From the NCBI GenBank assembly GCA_002422795.1, contig DITJ01000091.1, positions 1-56,484 on the forward strand: 56,484 nucleotides of DNA, in the 5' to 3' direction. Of the stretch, positions 26,892 through 36,523 are shown one piece after another. This stretch comes from Alphaproteobacteria bacterium UBA6187 (GTDB lineage Bacteria; Pseudomonadota; Alphaproteobacteria; Rickettsiales; UBA6187). Below the pieces are notes generated by a model. It had not been told where the DNA came from and ran no database searches. It saw only the letters and a program-made list of their open reading frames with translations. Position 1 is the stretch's first letter. Each line of letters begins with the position of its first letter. Made by a program: the position numbers and the translations under genes.

Positions 26892-27145
26892 ATGATTATA
26901 GTGTTTTCGCTTTTCAATAATGATAGGAAATCGAGTCGATGTGTAGGTGAGCTACATGAGACGATGATCGACGCATCATTATTGAAAATGGGAAATACTA
27001 TATTTATTAACTGGTTCTTTGGCAATTACAGTACGTATTACGTCCAAAACTCAGGTGAAATAATCTATATCTCTACATATACATTACATCTTAACCAATT
27101 ATTAATATATTCGCAGTAGAATGTGATAAATATTGAGGGGTTAGT

Positions 27146-29398
27146 ATGAAAAAGATATTTATCACAACTACATTTCCATTATTCGCTTCGTTGCTATTTT
27201 CAGAAGCAAAAGCAATTGATTACTCAATACAAAACACCCTAAATGGTGCTTTTAAAGCACAAAGCGACTCAGGCGTATATGGAAAAGGCGTTGTGTTTGG
27301 AGTTATAGACACAGGCATAGCCCCGGACTGGATTGGCTTTAACGGCAATATTGATACAGCAGCCAGCAAGTGCATGATATCAGCATGTAAAAGTTCCTTT
27401 GATGACCATGGCCACGGCACATTTGTAGCCAGTGAAATAATTGGCTCTGTAAATGGCACTACTATGAAGGGTATAACGCCTGAGGCAACAGCTTTCGGTG
27501 TTAAGGTATTGAATGCCAAAGGCTCCGGCACAGCAACGGATGTTGCCAATGGCATACGTTATGCTGCGGATAACGGCGCTAATATACTGAACTTAAGTTT
27601 AACATTCTTACCCACCACTGACATTGTAAATGCAATTAATTATGCTGCGTCAAAGAATGTTATAACTGTATTTGCCGGTGGCAATAGCAACAAGATATTA
27701 CTAAATGGCGCTACCACCACAGGCTTTACCGATGCAGCCTTGCGCCGCCTTATGTTTGCAGGCTCCACCAACGATAAAATGGCTATAAGCAGCTTCAGCA
27801 ATAAACCAGGTACAACCGGAAAATTTACCGCAAAAGATAGTAAAGCGTCTTATTTATATAATTCACTATGGATAATGGCAGATGGTGAAAATATCTGGGG
27901 AGCAAGCACCTACAATACATCACAATATGGTTATAGCTACGTTACGCAGATGTCCGGCACTTCCATGGCTGCCCCGCAACTAGCAGGCGCTGCCGGTATG
28001 CTGGTATCACGCTGGCCATTTTTACTTAATACCGGCAATGTAGTTACAATCCTAACCAAAACCACCCAGGATTTAGGCGCAAAAGGCATAGATGGAATTT
28101 ACGGCACGGGCTTCCTTAGGATTGATACGGCAATGCAGCCTATCGGCGCACTCACAGTTCCGGTAAGCGGCAAGATGGTTCCTGTAACTAATGTGCAGAT
28201 AACCACAAGTGGCCCGGTTGGTAATCTGGGTAATTTATCCTCTGCTTTGCAAAAGGCGGTGGCTTACGATAGCTATAACCGCGATTATAATGTGGCACTT
28301 GCCGCCGCAATATCGCCAAAACCTGCAACATCGACAAGTAGTTCCGCAGCATCAAAAGTAGACAAAAAGAAAGCTAAGAAAGCTAAAAAATTTACTGCAA
28401 CAGGTGAAGATTCATGGATGCTATCTTCTTTTGAAAATGCTCCTGTGAATCCATCGGAAATTCAATCTGCATCCCCACAAAGCAGCTATGGTTTAGTGCA
28501 GGATCCTACACAGCCCAACCAATATGAATGGTCGGTGGGCTTTTCAAATGATGGTAACTATTCTGGCGCAGGGCAAGGTACTGGCGCGGCATCAATGTTC
28601 AACGATGCCCGCTGGAATGAAAAAACCGCCTTTGCCAGTGGTGATTCCGCAGGTGCAGGGGAAGTATTCGGCTTAATACAAAATGCAAATTTTTCTGCAA
28701 AGGCCTTTAATATCACACCTTCTTCACGCCTTTCATTTGAAATGATGACCACCCAAAATATGGGGGCGACCGATTCAGTTAATGATAGCTCCGCCCATGG
28801 TATTGCTATGGGATATACCTTCAACCCTACCAAGAAAATCGCTGTATCGCTTACAAGCTCTATACTTGATGAAAATAATATGTTACTCGGCTCTACCGCT
28901 TCTGGGCCTTTATCACTGGGCAAATCCAGCTATACAACATCTTTTGGCGCCGGAACTAATATTAAGCTTGGTAATGGCTACCAGCTTGGTTTCGAGGCCA
29001 GTTATTTTACAACAGGAGCATCAAGCAATAATGATAGCCTGATTACCAGCATTTCCCCTCTTTCTGGCGCAAGCTTCAACCTTGCCTTAAGCAAAGAACA
29101 ATTATTTGATAAAAACGATGAAATAAGTATCGCGCTTAGGAAACCCTTACGCATTTATTCCGGTACTGCTAATGTAGCCATACCAGTTGGTACGGATATG
29201 GACGGCAACCCTATCATACAGAATGAACTTGTAAGCGTAGTTCCAACCGGAAACGAAACAAATTTCGACCTTGGATACAGCCTTGCCTTAAGCGACTATA
29301 CACAAACAGGTTTTAACCTTTCATACCGGAATGATGCCGACAATATTGCAGGCTATAACGATAGCGCTGTTATGGTGACATTCGACTTTAAGTTCTAA
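27146..29398 (+). CDS. Subtilisin-like (S8) serine protease autotransporter
   Basis: Signal peptide and the S8 catalytic triad blocks VIDTGI / HGHGTFVAS / GTSMAAPQLAG. A Lys-rich linker is followed by a C-terminal beta-domain with alternating hydrophobic residues ending VTFDFKF. Confidence 0.8.
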   Translation: MKKIFITTTFPLFASLLFSEAKAIDYSIQNTLNGAFKAQSDSGVYGKGVVFGVIDTGIAPDWIGFNGNIDTAASKCMISACKSSFDDHGHGTFVASEIIGSVNGTTMKGITPEATAFGVKVLNAKGSGTATDVANGIRYAADNGANILNLSLTFLPTTDIVNAINYAASKNVITVFAGGNSNKILLNGATTTGFTDAALRRLMFAGSTNDKMAISSFSNKPGTTGKFTAKDSKASYLYNSLWIMADGENIWGASTYNTSQYGYSYVTQMSGTSMAAPQLAGAAGMLVSRWPFLLNTGNVVTILTKTTQDLGAKGIDGIYGTGFLRIDTAMQPIGALTVPVSGKMVPVTNVQITTSGPVGNLGNLSSALQKAVAYDSYNRDYNVALAAAISPKPATSTSSSAASKVDKKKAKKAKKFTATGEDSWMLSSFENAPVNPSEIQSASPQSSYGLVQDPTQPNQYEWSVGFSNDGNYSGAGQGTGAASMFNDARWNEKTAFASGDSAGAGEVFGLIQNANFSAKAFNITPSSRLSFEMMTTQNMGATDSVNDSSAHGIAMGYTFNPTKKIAVSLTSSILDENNMLLGSTASGPLSLGKSSYTTSFGAGTNIKLGNGYQLGFEASYFTTGASSNNDSLITSISPLSGASFNLALSKEQLFDKNDEISIALRKPLRIYSGTANVAIPVGTDMDGNPIIQNELVSVVPTGNETNFDLGYSLALSDYTQTGFNLSYRNDADNIAGYNDSAVMVTFDFKF

Positions 29399-29477
29399 GA
29401 GCCTGTTATTAAGTTCATGAGAATAACTTTAATAACAAGTAGTTATACTCATTCTACAAGAATGAAAATGGGAAATG

Positions 29478-30008
29478 CTACTTTATAACAGGATATTTTC
29501 TCGGTTCAAATAACTGATAATGCCACCATTCATTACGATAAAAATCCCACCCTGCAGTAGTCATAATGCCCATAAGTAAATGACGGTTCTTTTGCGCCTC
29601 GGCTGAGATTTCCATATTGCCATGATATGAAAGCGGGGAAAATTCATCGAACGCAGTTCCCATATCAAGTTCTTTGCCATTTTTATCTATCAGGGTTAAA
29701 TCAATCGCAACACCACGGCAATGTGGTACTGCACCGGTTTGCGGATTGGAAAGGAAATTTGCATCGGGGCAATCATCCCATAATTCCTGCTGTGTTTCTA
29801 TAGGGCGGAATGCGTCGAATATTTTAAAGCGTAAGCCTAATGCGGCGGCCATGCCTATAGATTTTTTAAGGCACGCGGCTGCATCCTCATGCAGGAAACA
29901 GCGTGCATTTTTGTATAATGGCCTGCCGGTGAAATTATCACTGGTGGCATATGCAATATATAAATCTGTGTCGAATTCAGGTTGTTTTATTTCTATAAGG
30001 TTATTCAT
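29478..30008 (-). CDS. ddpX: D-alanyl-D-alanine dipeptidase (VanX/DdpX, M15D)
   Basis: FDAFRP, HCRGVAIDL and EWWHY motifs. Start set at MNNLIEIKQ (30008). The longer tracked ORF would run through the upstream gene. Confidence 0.8.
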   Translation of the reverse strand: MNNLIEIKQPEFDTDLYIAYATSDNFTGRPLYKNARCFLHEDAAACLKKSIGMAAALGLRFKIFDAFRPIETQQELWDDCPDANFLSNPQTGAVPHCRGVAIDLTLIDKNGKELDMGTAFDEFSPLSYHGNMEISAEAQKNRHLLMGIMTTAGWDFYRNEWWHYQLFEPRKYPVIK

Positions 30009-30333
30009 TAGTAATTCCGTCAATTTTTGCCGCCACAATAAAATCATTCTCGTGCAATCCGCCGATAGAGTGCGTGCTAAGGCGGATTTTACAATATCCC
30101 CAGCCAAATTCAATATCTGGGTGGTGGTTTTCTTCTTCGGCAATTTCGCCCACTTTATTGACAAATGCAAGCGCCTCGGCAAAATTCTTGAATTTATAGG
30201 ATTTCTCTATCTCGGTTTCTTCTTTTATCGCTTCCCAAGCCAAAACGCTGGCAATATATTTATTTAAATCTTCATAAGGAATCGGGCTTACACCTCCTTC
30301 ACATGGGATACATTTTTTATTTGTTAGGTTCAT
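30001..30333 (-). CDS. phhB: Pterin-4a-carbinolamine dehydratase
   Basis: CIPCEGG...EENHHPDIEFGWG signature. The first in-frame ATG is at 30333, whereas the tracked ORF starts at a TTG (30354). Confidence 0.85.
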   Translation of the reverse strand: MNLTNKKCIPCEGGVSPIPYEDLNKYIASVLAWEAIKEETEIEKSYKFKNFAEALAFVNKVGEIAEEENHHPDIEFGWGYCKIRLSTHSIGGLHENDFIVAAKIDGITNE

Positions 30334-30402
30334 TTTCTTCTCATAATTTGACAAAACGCTTTTTTAACAATATTCATAATTTCCCTTTATAAGAAGTAAA
30401 AA

Positions 30403-31077
30403 ATGAAAATATTATCAATAGATACTTCCCACGGAATTTGCTCAACTGCCCTTGCGGAAAATGGCAAGCTTATTTCTGTAAAAACCGATCCTGAACCATC
30501 CAGGCAAGCCGAAAGGTTATTCCTTAACATAGATGATATCCTAAAGGAAAATCAATTAACATATATTGATATAAATGCGATTGCTGCAGATATTGGCCCT
30601 GGCAGCTTCACCGGGGTTAGAATTGGGCTTGCAGCCACGCGCGGCATTGCCCTTGCGGCAAATATCCCTGTAATCGGCGTTACTGGTTTTGAAGCGCTTG
30701 TCTATGCTGCAAAACATCAAGGCATTATTGATGATTTACTTGTAGTGTTGGATGCAAGGCGCGGCCAGGTATTTGCGCAATTTTTCAGTAATGATGCCAA
30801 TAGCGAAGAATTATTGCTGGATTATAGTGAAATAACAGAAATCCTGCCTAATAAAAATATAACAATAATTGGTGATGGCGCGGCATTGGTGGAGCCAATA
30901 TTGCAAAACCATAATATCAATTATTCGGTTATAGATAATTTAAAAATCCCTGATGCCGGGATGGTGGCGATGGCAGCTTTTGAAAAAATAAATAGTGGAA
31001 ATTATAGCAAAAACCCTGCACCTTTATATATAAGGAAGCCGGATGCTAAACTGCCAAAACAAGCTGGTGTCGAATAA
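30403..31077 (+). CDS. tsaB: tRNA t6A biosynthesis protein TsaB (YeaZ)
   Basis: ILSIDTS...GPGSFTGVRIGLA motif, 224 aa. Confidence 0.85.
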   Translation: MKILSIDTSHGICSTALAENGKLISVKTDPEPSRQAERLFLNIDDILKENQLTYIDINAIAADIGPGSFTGVRIGLAATRGIALAANIPVIGVTGFEALVYAAKHQGIIDDLLVVLDARRGQVFAQFFSNDANSEELLLDYSEITEILPNKNITIIGDGAALVEPILQNHNINYSVIDNLKIPDAGMVAMAAFEKINSGNYSKNPAPLYIRKPDAKLPKQAGVE

Positions 31078-31228
31078 GAATCTATGAACCCTTTTCTTTC
31101 AGTAGCTTAGATAACCCTCCTATCAAAAACTCAGTTTAAATTGCAAAACATGCCTTTTCGTTAACTCTTTAGTAACACTTATTTGATAATATTTATCTTA
31201 TAGGGGAAGCATCAAATGCCAACTTATA

Positions 31229-31624
31229 ATGGAGAGAAATATTATGGAACATACTGAAGAAAAATTTGAAAATTATTTTCATTTCCTTTCTACAAGAAAG
31301 AATTGGGATATTTCGAAAACTAAGGATGCCAGAGTGCATTCCAATGGTTACCCCCAGATGTATGCTGTTTGTATTATGAAGAATAATGAAGCTTCAAATG
31401 ATTTCCTGGTAGCGTTAATTAAGAAGTTTTTTCATAAAAGTACCAGCCAGGCAGTAAAAATTGCTATGGAAATTAATAAGGAAGGTAGGGCCTTATGCGA
31501 AGTTTATACACGTGATGCTGCGGAAACAAAGGTGATGCATGTTCTTGAGTTTGCTCAAGGCCAGCAACAGGAAATTAAATGTATAATGCAAAAAAGTGAA
31601 TCAAATGCTGTCAAAAAACCTTGA
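31229..31624 (+). CDS. clpS: ClpS-like Clp protease adaptor (divergent substrate pocket)
   Basis: The core aligns colinearly with ClpS (MYAV...FLVALIKKFF...EGRALCEVYTRDAAETKV). Lies immediately upstream of clpA and overlaps it. Confidence 0.7.
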   Translation: MERNIMEHTEEKFENYFHFLSTRKNWDISKTKDARVHSNGYPQMYAVCIMKNNEASNDFLVALIKKFFHKSTSQAVKIAMEINKEGRALCEVYTRDAAETKVMHVLEFAQGQQQEIKCIMQKSESNAVKKP

Positions 31625-33941
31625 ACTTAGCCTGCACAGGGCGCTTACTATAGCGCATAAATGTTCGCATGAATATGCAACATTGGAACATTTGTTGCTG
31701 GGGCTAACAGAAGACCCAGAAGCTTGTGAAGTCCTCAATGGCTGCGGTGCCAACATCCCCGAATTATGCGATGAATTAAAAGTTTTCCTTAGCACAAAAC
31801 TTACTGCACTTGTTGTGGAAAGTAATGTGGAAGTAAAGCCCACCGCAGGTTTCCAAAGGGTTATACACCGGGCGGCCATAAATGCCCATTCAACCAGCAG
31901 AAAACAGGTAACGGGTGCAAATGTTTTAGCCGAAATGTTTGGTGAGCATGAATCCCATGCAATATATTTCCTGAAAGAGCAAGGTATAACCTATCTTGAT
32001 GTGGTAAATTACATAGCAAGCAACCGCGACCTTAAAAAGGTTATCCAGCAGAAAAATGATATAGATAATGCAGGTTATGATGAAAATGAAATTATCATGC
32101 CACAAAGCGTGTTCGAGCGCATCAGCCAGCCTACGCCTTTGAATTTAAGTGGTGAAGAACAAAAGCCCAAAGATAAAAATAGCGCCCTTAATACTTATTG
32201 CGTAAACCTTAACAAACGTGCATCCGAAGGCAAGATTGATGTACTTATAGGCCGTGATGAGGAAGTGGAGCGCACTGTAGAAATATTATGCCGACGCAGC
32301 AAAAATAACCCACTTTATGTAGGCGAGCCAGGGGTTGGCAAAACTGCGCTGGTGGAGGGGCTGGCATACCGTATCGTGCGAGGCCAAGTGCCAGATAGCC
32401 TGAAAAAATCCATTATTTTCAGCCTTGATATGGGCGCTCTGCTAGCGGGTACAAAATACCGTGGCGATTTCGAAGAGCGCATGAAGGCTATAATAACCGA
32501 AATAGAAAAACTGCCCCATGCCATATTATTTATTGATGAAATCCATACAATAGTAGGGGCTGGTTCCACCAATGGCGGCTCGCTTGATGCCAGCAACCTG
32601 CTTAAACCAGCACTTGCACGCGGTGAATTTAAGTGTATAGGCTCAACCACTTACACCGAATACCATAATAGCTTTGAGAAAGACAGGGCGCTGATAAGGC
32701 GCTTCCAGAAAATTGATATAGATGAGCCTTCGCGCGATGTTGCTATAAAAATATTAAAGGGTCTTAAGCCTTATTATGAAGAGCATCATAATGTAAAATA
32801 TACAAGTGATGCAATTGAAGCTGCCGTTGACCTTTCAATCCGTTATATGACTAACCGTAAGCTCCCAGATAAAGCCCTTGATATTATTGATGAGGCGGGC
32901 GCAAATTATAAAATGCGTGCCACTGATAAATCCACAAAAACTATTACAATCAGGGATATAGAAAACATTGTTGCTAAAATTACTAAAATTCCAACAAAAT
33001 CCCTGCAATCGGATGAAGCTGAACAATTACGCTTCTTAGAAAGTAAATTAAAGAAGGTAATATTCGGACAGGATAAAGCCGTGGAATCACTGGCAACAGC
33101 TGTAAAACTCTCCCGCGCCGGGCTTCGTGATGCAAAAAAACCTACCGGTTGTTATTTATTCTCCGGCCCTACAGGGGTTGGAAAAACCGAACTTGCTGCC
33201 CAGCTTGCAGTGCAGATGCATATGGAACTTATCCGTATAGATATGTCTGAGTATTTAGAAGCACATTCGGTGGCGCGTCTAATCGGTGCGCCTCCTGGCT
33301 ATGTTGGTTTTGAACAGGCAGGTATATTAACAGAAGCTATCGAAAAAAACCCTTATTCTGTTTTACTATTTGATGAAATGGAAAAAGCCCACCCGGATGT
33401 ATATAATATATTGCTGCAAGTGATGGATTATGGCCAGCTAACTGATAACAACGGTAAGTCGCTGAATTTCAGGAATAGTATTATAATAATGACCACTAAT
33501 GCCGGGGCAAGTGATTTCAGCCGTAATACCATAGGCTTTGGTGATCATGAAAATGCAAGCGACAATAACGATGCAATTTCGCGTGTGTTTACGCCGGAGT
33601 TCCGTAACCGCCTTGATTCAATAATACATTTTATGCCACTTAACGAGGAAGTGGTGGAACTTGTGGTTGATAAGTTTATAGATGGTATGCAGGCGCAGTT
33701 AGCAGACCGAGGCGTGAAAATAGAGGTCTCCAAAAAAGCGCGTAAATATCTCTCTGAAAAGGGCTATGACAGCAAAAATGGAGCACGTCCACTAGAGCGG
33801 ATAATCAGTGATGAAATAAAAAAACAGCTAGCGGATGAAATATTGTTTGGCAAATTATCTAAAGGTGGTAAAGTAACCGTAGATATCAAACAGGATAAAC
33901 TTACTTTCCTGTTTGCTGAAAAAGAGGCGCTAGTAAGATAG
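31605..33941 (+). CDS. clpA: ATP-dependent Clp protease ATP-binding subunit ClpA
   Basis: Clp_N repeats and two AAA+ modules (GEPGVGKTA, GPTGVGKTE). The ATG at MLSKNLELSL is preferred over the GTG at 31596. Confidence 0.95.
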   Translation: MLSKNLELSLHRALTIAHKCSHEYATLEHLLLGLTEDPEACEVLNGCGANIPELCDELKVFLSTKLTALVVESNVEVKPTAGFQRVIHRAAINAHSTSRKQVTGANVLAEMFGEHESHAIYFLKEQGITYLDVVNYIASNRDLKKVIQQKNDIDNAGYDENEIIMPQSVFERISQPTPLNLSGEEQKPKDKNSALNTYCVNLNKRASEGKIDVLIGRDEEVERTVEILCRRSKNNPLYVGEPGVGKTALVEGLAYRIVRGQVPDSLKKSIIFSLDMGALLAGTKYRGDFEERMKAIITEIEKLPHAILFIDEIHTIVGAGSTNGGSLDASNLLKPALARGEFKCIGSTTYTEYHNSFEKDRALIRRFQKIDIDEPSRDVAIKILKGLKPYYEEHHNVKYTSDAIEAAVDLSIRYMTNRKLPDKALDIIDEAGANYKMRATDKSTKTITIRDIENIVAKITKIPTKSLQSDEAEQLRFLESKLKKVIFGQDKAVESLATAVKLSRAGLRDAKKPTGCYLFSGPTGVGKTELAAQLAVQMHMELIRIDMSEYLEAHSVARLIGAPPGYVGFEQAGILTEAIEKNPYSVLLFDEMEKAHPDVYNILLQVMDYGQLTDNNGKSLNFRNSIIIMTTNAGASDFSRNTIGFGDHENASDNNDAISRVFTPEFRNRLDSIIHFMPLNEEVVELVVDKFIDGMQAQLADRGVKIEVSKKARKYLSEKGYDSKNGARPLERIISDEIKKQLADEILFGKLSKGGKVTVDIKQDKLTFLFAEKEALVR

Positions 33942-33947
33942 GTGGCA

Positions 33948-34015
33948 GGTATTGGGTGATAGGTGATAGGGAAGAACCTTAATCCCTAACACCCATTCCC
34001 TAACACCTAATACCC
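33948..34015. repeat. Heptamer-arm hairpin, gggtgat family
   Basis: ggtattg ggtgata ggtgata ggg pairs with ccctaacacccattccctaacacctaataccc. Lies immediately after the clpA stop. Confidence 0.75.
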
Positions 34016-34027
34016 ATAGGTTACCAT

Positions 34028-34945
34028 ATGAAATCTGCAATTCATGCCAAAAGAAAAACCGATGCGATAATTTCCATAAGGCAGGATAACACCTCCCAAT
34101 CCCTGACCATCCTTAATATGAATAAAGCTGCAGAAAAGCTTACAGGATATAGCGCACAGCAAGTTGCAGGAAAAAGTTTTAATAATATTTTATCTCCACG
34201 CGTTAATGAAATCCTTATGGGATATATTGAATTTGGTGCAAGTGGCAGTGACTTCGCGGCTGTTGCGCGCAAGATTCCTAATTTCCAGGTGCTGAGTATT
34301 AAAGGTGAAATTGTCCCGGTAAGCGTTAAAGTATTTAACCTTGTAGGGCTGAATGGTAATATCCAGGAATATGAGATTTTAATGCGTGATATAACACTCA
34401 TTAAAAAGCTTGAGGAGCTAAAAGAAATTATCCTGCAAAGCCAAAACCAGCTTGAAGAAAAAGACCCCGATACTGGATTGCCAAGTATAAATAGTGTCGT
34501 TTATGCGCTTGATACATCATATTCATTTACCACTCAATATAGCTCGATAGAGGTGTGTTTTGCCCTAATAGAAATAACTAACCTTGGTTATTATGGTGAA
34601 ACTTACGGTGATTATATAGCTTATGAAATTATCGGGCTGCTTGGAAATGTTGTAAAGAAATGCTGCCGCACTGAAGATGTGATAGGTTATATGGGAGAGG
34701 GCGTTATTGGTGTGGTGCTGATTGATTGTAACCTTGAAAGTGCAAAAAATGTAATAAACCGTATAAAAACAAAAGTTGATTCTGCAAAGATAACATTACA
34801 AAAAGGTACGGCTATAAGCCTTTCACTCAGCCTTGCATATACCGAAGTTCGCAAAGAACGTAATATGGTAGCTATGATTGACGCTTGTGAAGAGGGGCTG
34901 AACCGCAATATTGAGCGTGGTGGCGAAGGGATAGTGCAGGTATAA
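34028..34945 (+). CDS. PAS domain protein with degenerate GGDEF domain
   Basis: N-terminal PAS-like region (LNMNKAAEKLTGYSAQQVAGKSFNNIL). The C-terminal domain is colinear with GGDEF (DPDTGLPS...), but the signature reads YMGEGV. Confidence 0.65.
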   Translation: MKSAIHAKRKTDAIISIRQDNTSQSLTILNMNKAAEKLTGYSAQQVAGKSFNNILSPRVNEILMGYIEFGASGSDFAAVARKIPNFQVLSIKGEIVPVSVKVFNLVGLNGNIQEYEILMRDITLIKKLEELKEIILQSQNQLEEKDPDTGLPSINSVVYALDTSYSFTTQYSSIEVCFALIEITNLGYYGETYGDYIAYEIIGLLGNVVKKCCRTEDVIGYMGEGVIGVVLIDCNLESAKNVINRIKTKVDSAKITLQKGTAISLSLSLAYTEVRKERNMVAMIDACEEGLNRNIERGGEGIVQV

Positions 34946-35063
34946 GACTATATCCATCTTGGTTTTACAAATTGTACATCAATAGGCTTTATAGCAACTT
35001 AAAATTCCACTTTTCTTTCCGTTTTGGGAGTTTAGCCCAGTTAATGACTAAAATCTATAGATG

Positions 35064-36206
35064 TTAACATCTTGAAATTGCCTTCTTATTTCCTACAAGG
35101 TTTTGAAATAATTTGGCTTCCTCTTGGTCACTATATTTATAAGATGGTTCCTGAATTTCATTTGGAACTTGTAATTCTGTATCGGAAGAAGCTATATTTC
35201 TTGCAGCACGGCTATTTTTATCACTACCTTTATCAGATGATTCTCTTGCAAGTTCTAAAGTAGAGAAAGGGTTAAATGCAATTACACCAATAGAAAGTGA
35301 GCTAGCATCATAATTTTTAGGTTTCAAAAACTCATCTGATATAGAAAAGGCAATGCAGCTTTTAAGATCTACAGTTTCATTTGGAACTTGCAACTTTGTA
35401 TCTGCCTTGGGATGTAATGGACTGTAAGCAATAGTATAAAAAAGATCTATACTAGGTTCATAAGAATGAGCTACATTATGTGCACCACTATCTTTAATAA
35501 CGCGAATTTCATTCAAAGCTTCTGAAAGTGGCGTTGTAACATTTCCCAAACTTCTAATTATATTAACATTGCTTATAATTAAATCACTTGGAATATGCCT
35601 CTTAGCATCTAAATAAGCTGTGGTTGTTATGCAAGTAGCAACACCACACCCCATTAGTGCTGCTAAAAACGGGTTAACACTTGTTAGAGCGCTAATTAAG
35701 CTTCCTGCACCTATTCCAGATATAGGAGACATGCCAAAGCGCATATAATCCAGGTAATTAACTTCATCAGGATACTTCTTTCCACACTGGTAAGACGCAA
35801 TAGTCGCATATAAAAATATACCGCAATATAAACCAGCACCACCACCTAAAGGTAAACTACTAGAAAGAGGAAGAGTTGGGTCACATCCCGATGCGCATAT
35901 TCCCCAGAAAAGGCCATTTACACCCCAGGTGCCAGAAAGTATAGCACATTTATCTATGCCTACAATTTGCTCCCTTGCCATTAATTGACTTTCTTGTTCC
36001 TGGACTATTGCAGATAATCTATTTGCTCTTGTATATTCTCTTTCATACTGTGGCGGCAATATTACGGGTTGTTCTGTTGCCATTTCATGCAGTGGTGACG
36101 ATACTGGTTGCTCTGTTACAACTCCGTTCAAACTTGGGTGTGGCTGTAACTCTATTTCTTTATATTCATTATTATCTTTTGAATTGTGAGCTGCTCTTTC
36201 TTGCAT
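35064..36206 (-). CDS. Hypothetical membrane protein (no recognisable family)
   Basis: ORF with Gly/Cys-rich hydrophobic segments and short internal repeats (TEQPV x2, LQVPNE x2). The ATG at 36206 has an AGGA 8 nt upstream. The tracked ORF extends to a TTG at 36251. Confidence 0.5.
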   Translation of the reverse strand: MQERAAHNSKDNNEYKEIELQPHPSLNGVVTEQPVSSPLHEMATEQPVILPPQYEREYTRANRLSAIVQEQESQLMAREQIVGIDKCAILSGTWGVNGLFWGICASGCDPTLPLSSSLPLGGGAGLYCGIFLYATIASYQCGKKYPDEVNYLDYMRFGMSPISGIGAGSLISALTSVNPFLAALMGCGVATCITTTAYLDAKRHIPSDLIISNVNIIRSLGNVTTPLSEALNEIRVIKDSGAHNVAHSYEPSIDLFYTIAYSPLHPKADTKLQVPNETVDLKSCIAFSISDEFLKPKNYDASSLSIGVIAFNPFSTLELARESSDKGSDKNSRAARNIASSDTELQVPNEIQEPSYKYSDQEEAKLFQNLVGNKKAISRC

Positions 36207-36282
36207 TTCTTCGTTCCTAAAACTTCCTGGGTTTTTCCTGTAGCCTTTCAATATTTAGTTGCACAGGAAAATAAAATTTTCT

Positions 36283-36445
36283 TATACTCATTCTGTTTCA
36301 AACTGCCGATTAGAATCAAGTATTTTTTGTTATAGGAAAAAGTTAAATCTGAAGTAATAGTGGCCCTATTTCAAAGATTTAACTTTTTTATATAACAAAT
36401 AAAGACGAGGCATTATAATCGGCAGTTTGAAACAGAATGAGTATA
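36283..36445. mobile_element. MITE-like element, full-length copy (inverted relative to 5922-6084)
   Basis: 163 bp with the same termini and interior as the first copy, a few mismatches by eye. Lies just upstream of the family-less ORF at 35064. Confidence 0.85.
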
Positions 36446-36523
36446 TATAAAAGATATCTAATTTTTGCAAGCCCCACGCCTCTTTGATTGGCTTCTGCTA
36501 TACATGCGGAAGTTCGTCAACCA

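Noticed and set aside
26892-27119. 75-aa ORF between dgt and the autotransporter gene
   Set aside because: It starts inside the T-run of the dgt terminator, has AT-rich low-complexity sequence and lacks a ribosome-binding site. It is probably non-coding promoter or leader DNA for the autotransporter gene.
29404-29437. AT-rich 9-bp stem (tgttattaa / ttaataaca) between the convergent autotransporter and ddpX genes, as a bidirectional terminator
   Set aside because: The stem is weak with a 16-nt loop and no flanking T-run, and it abuts a degenerate MITE terminus.
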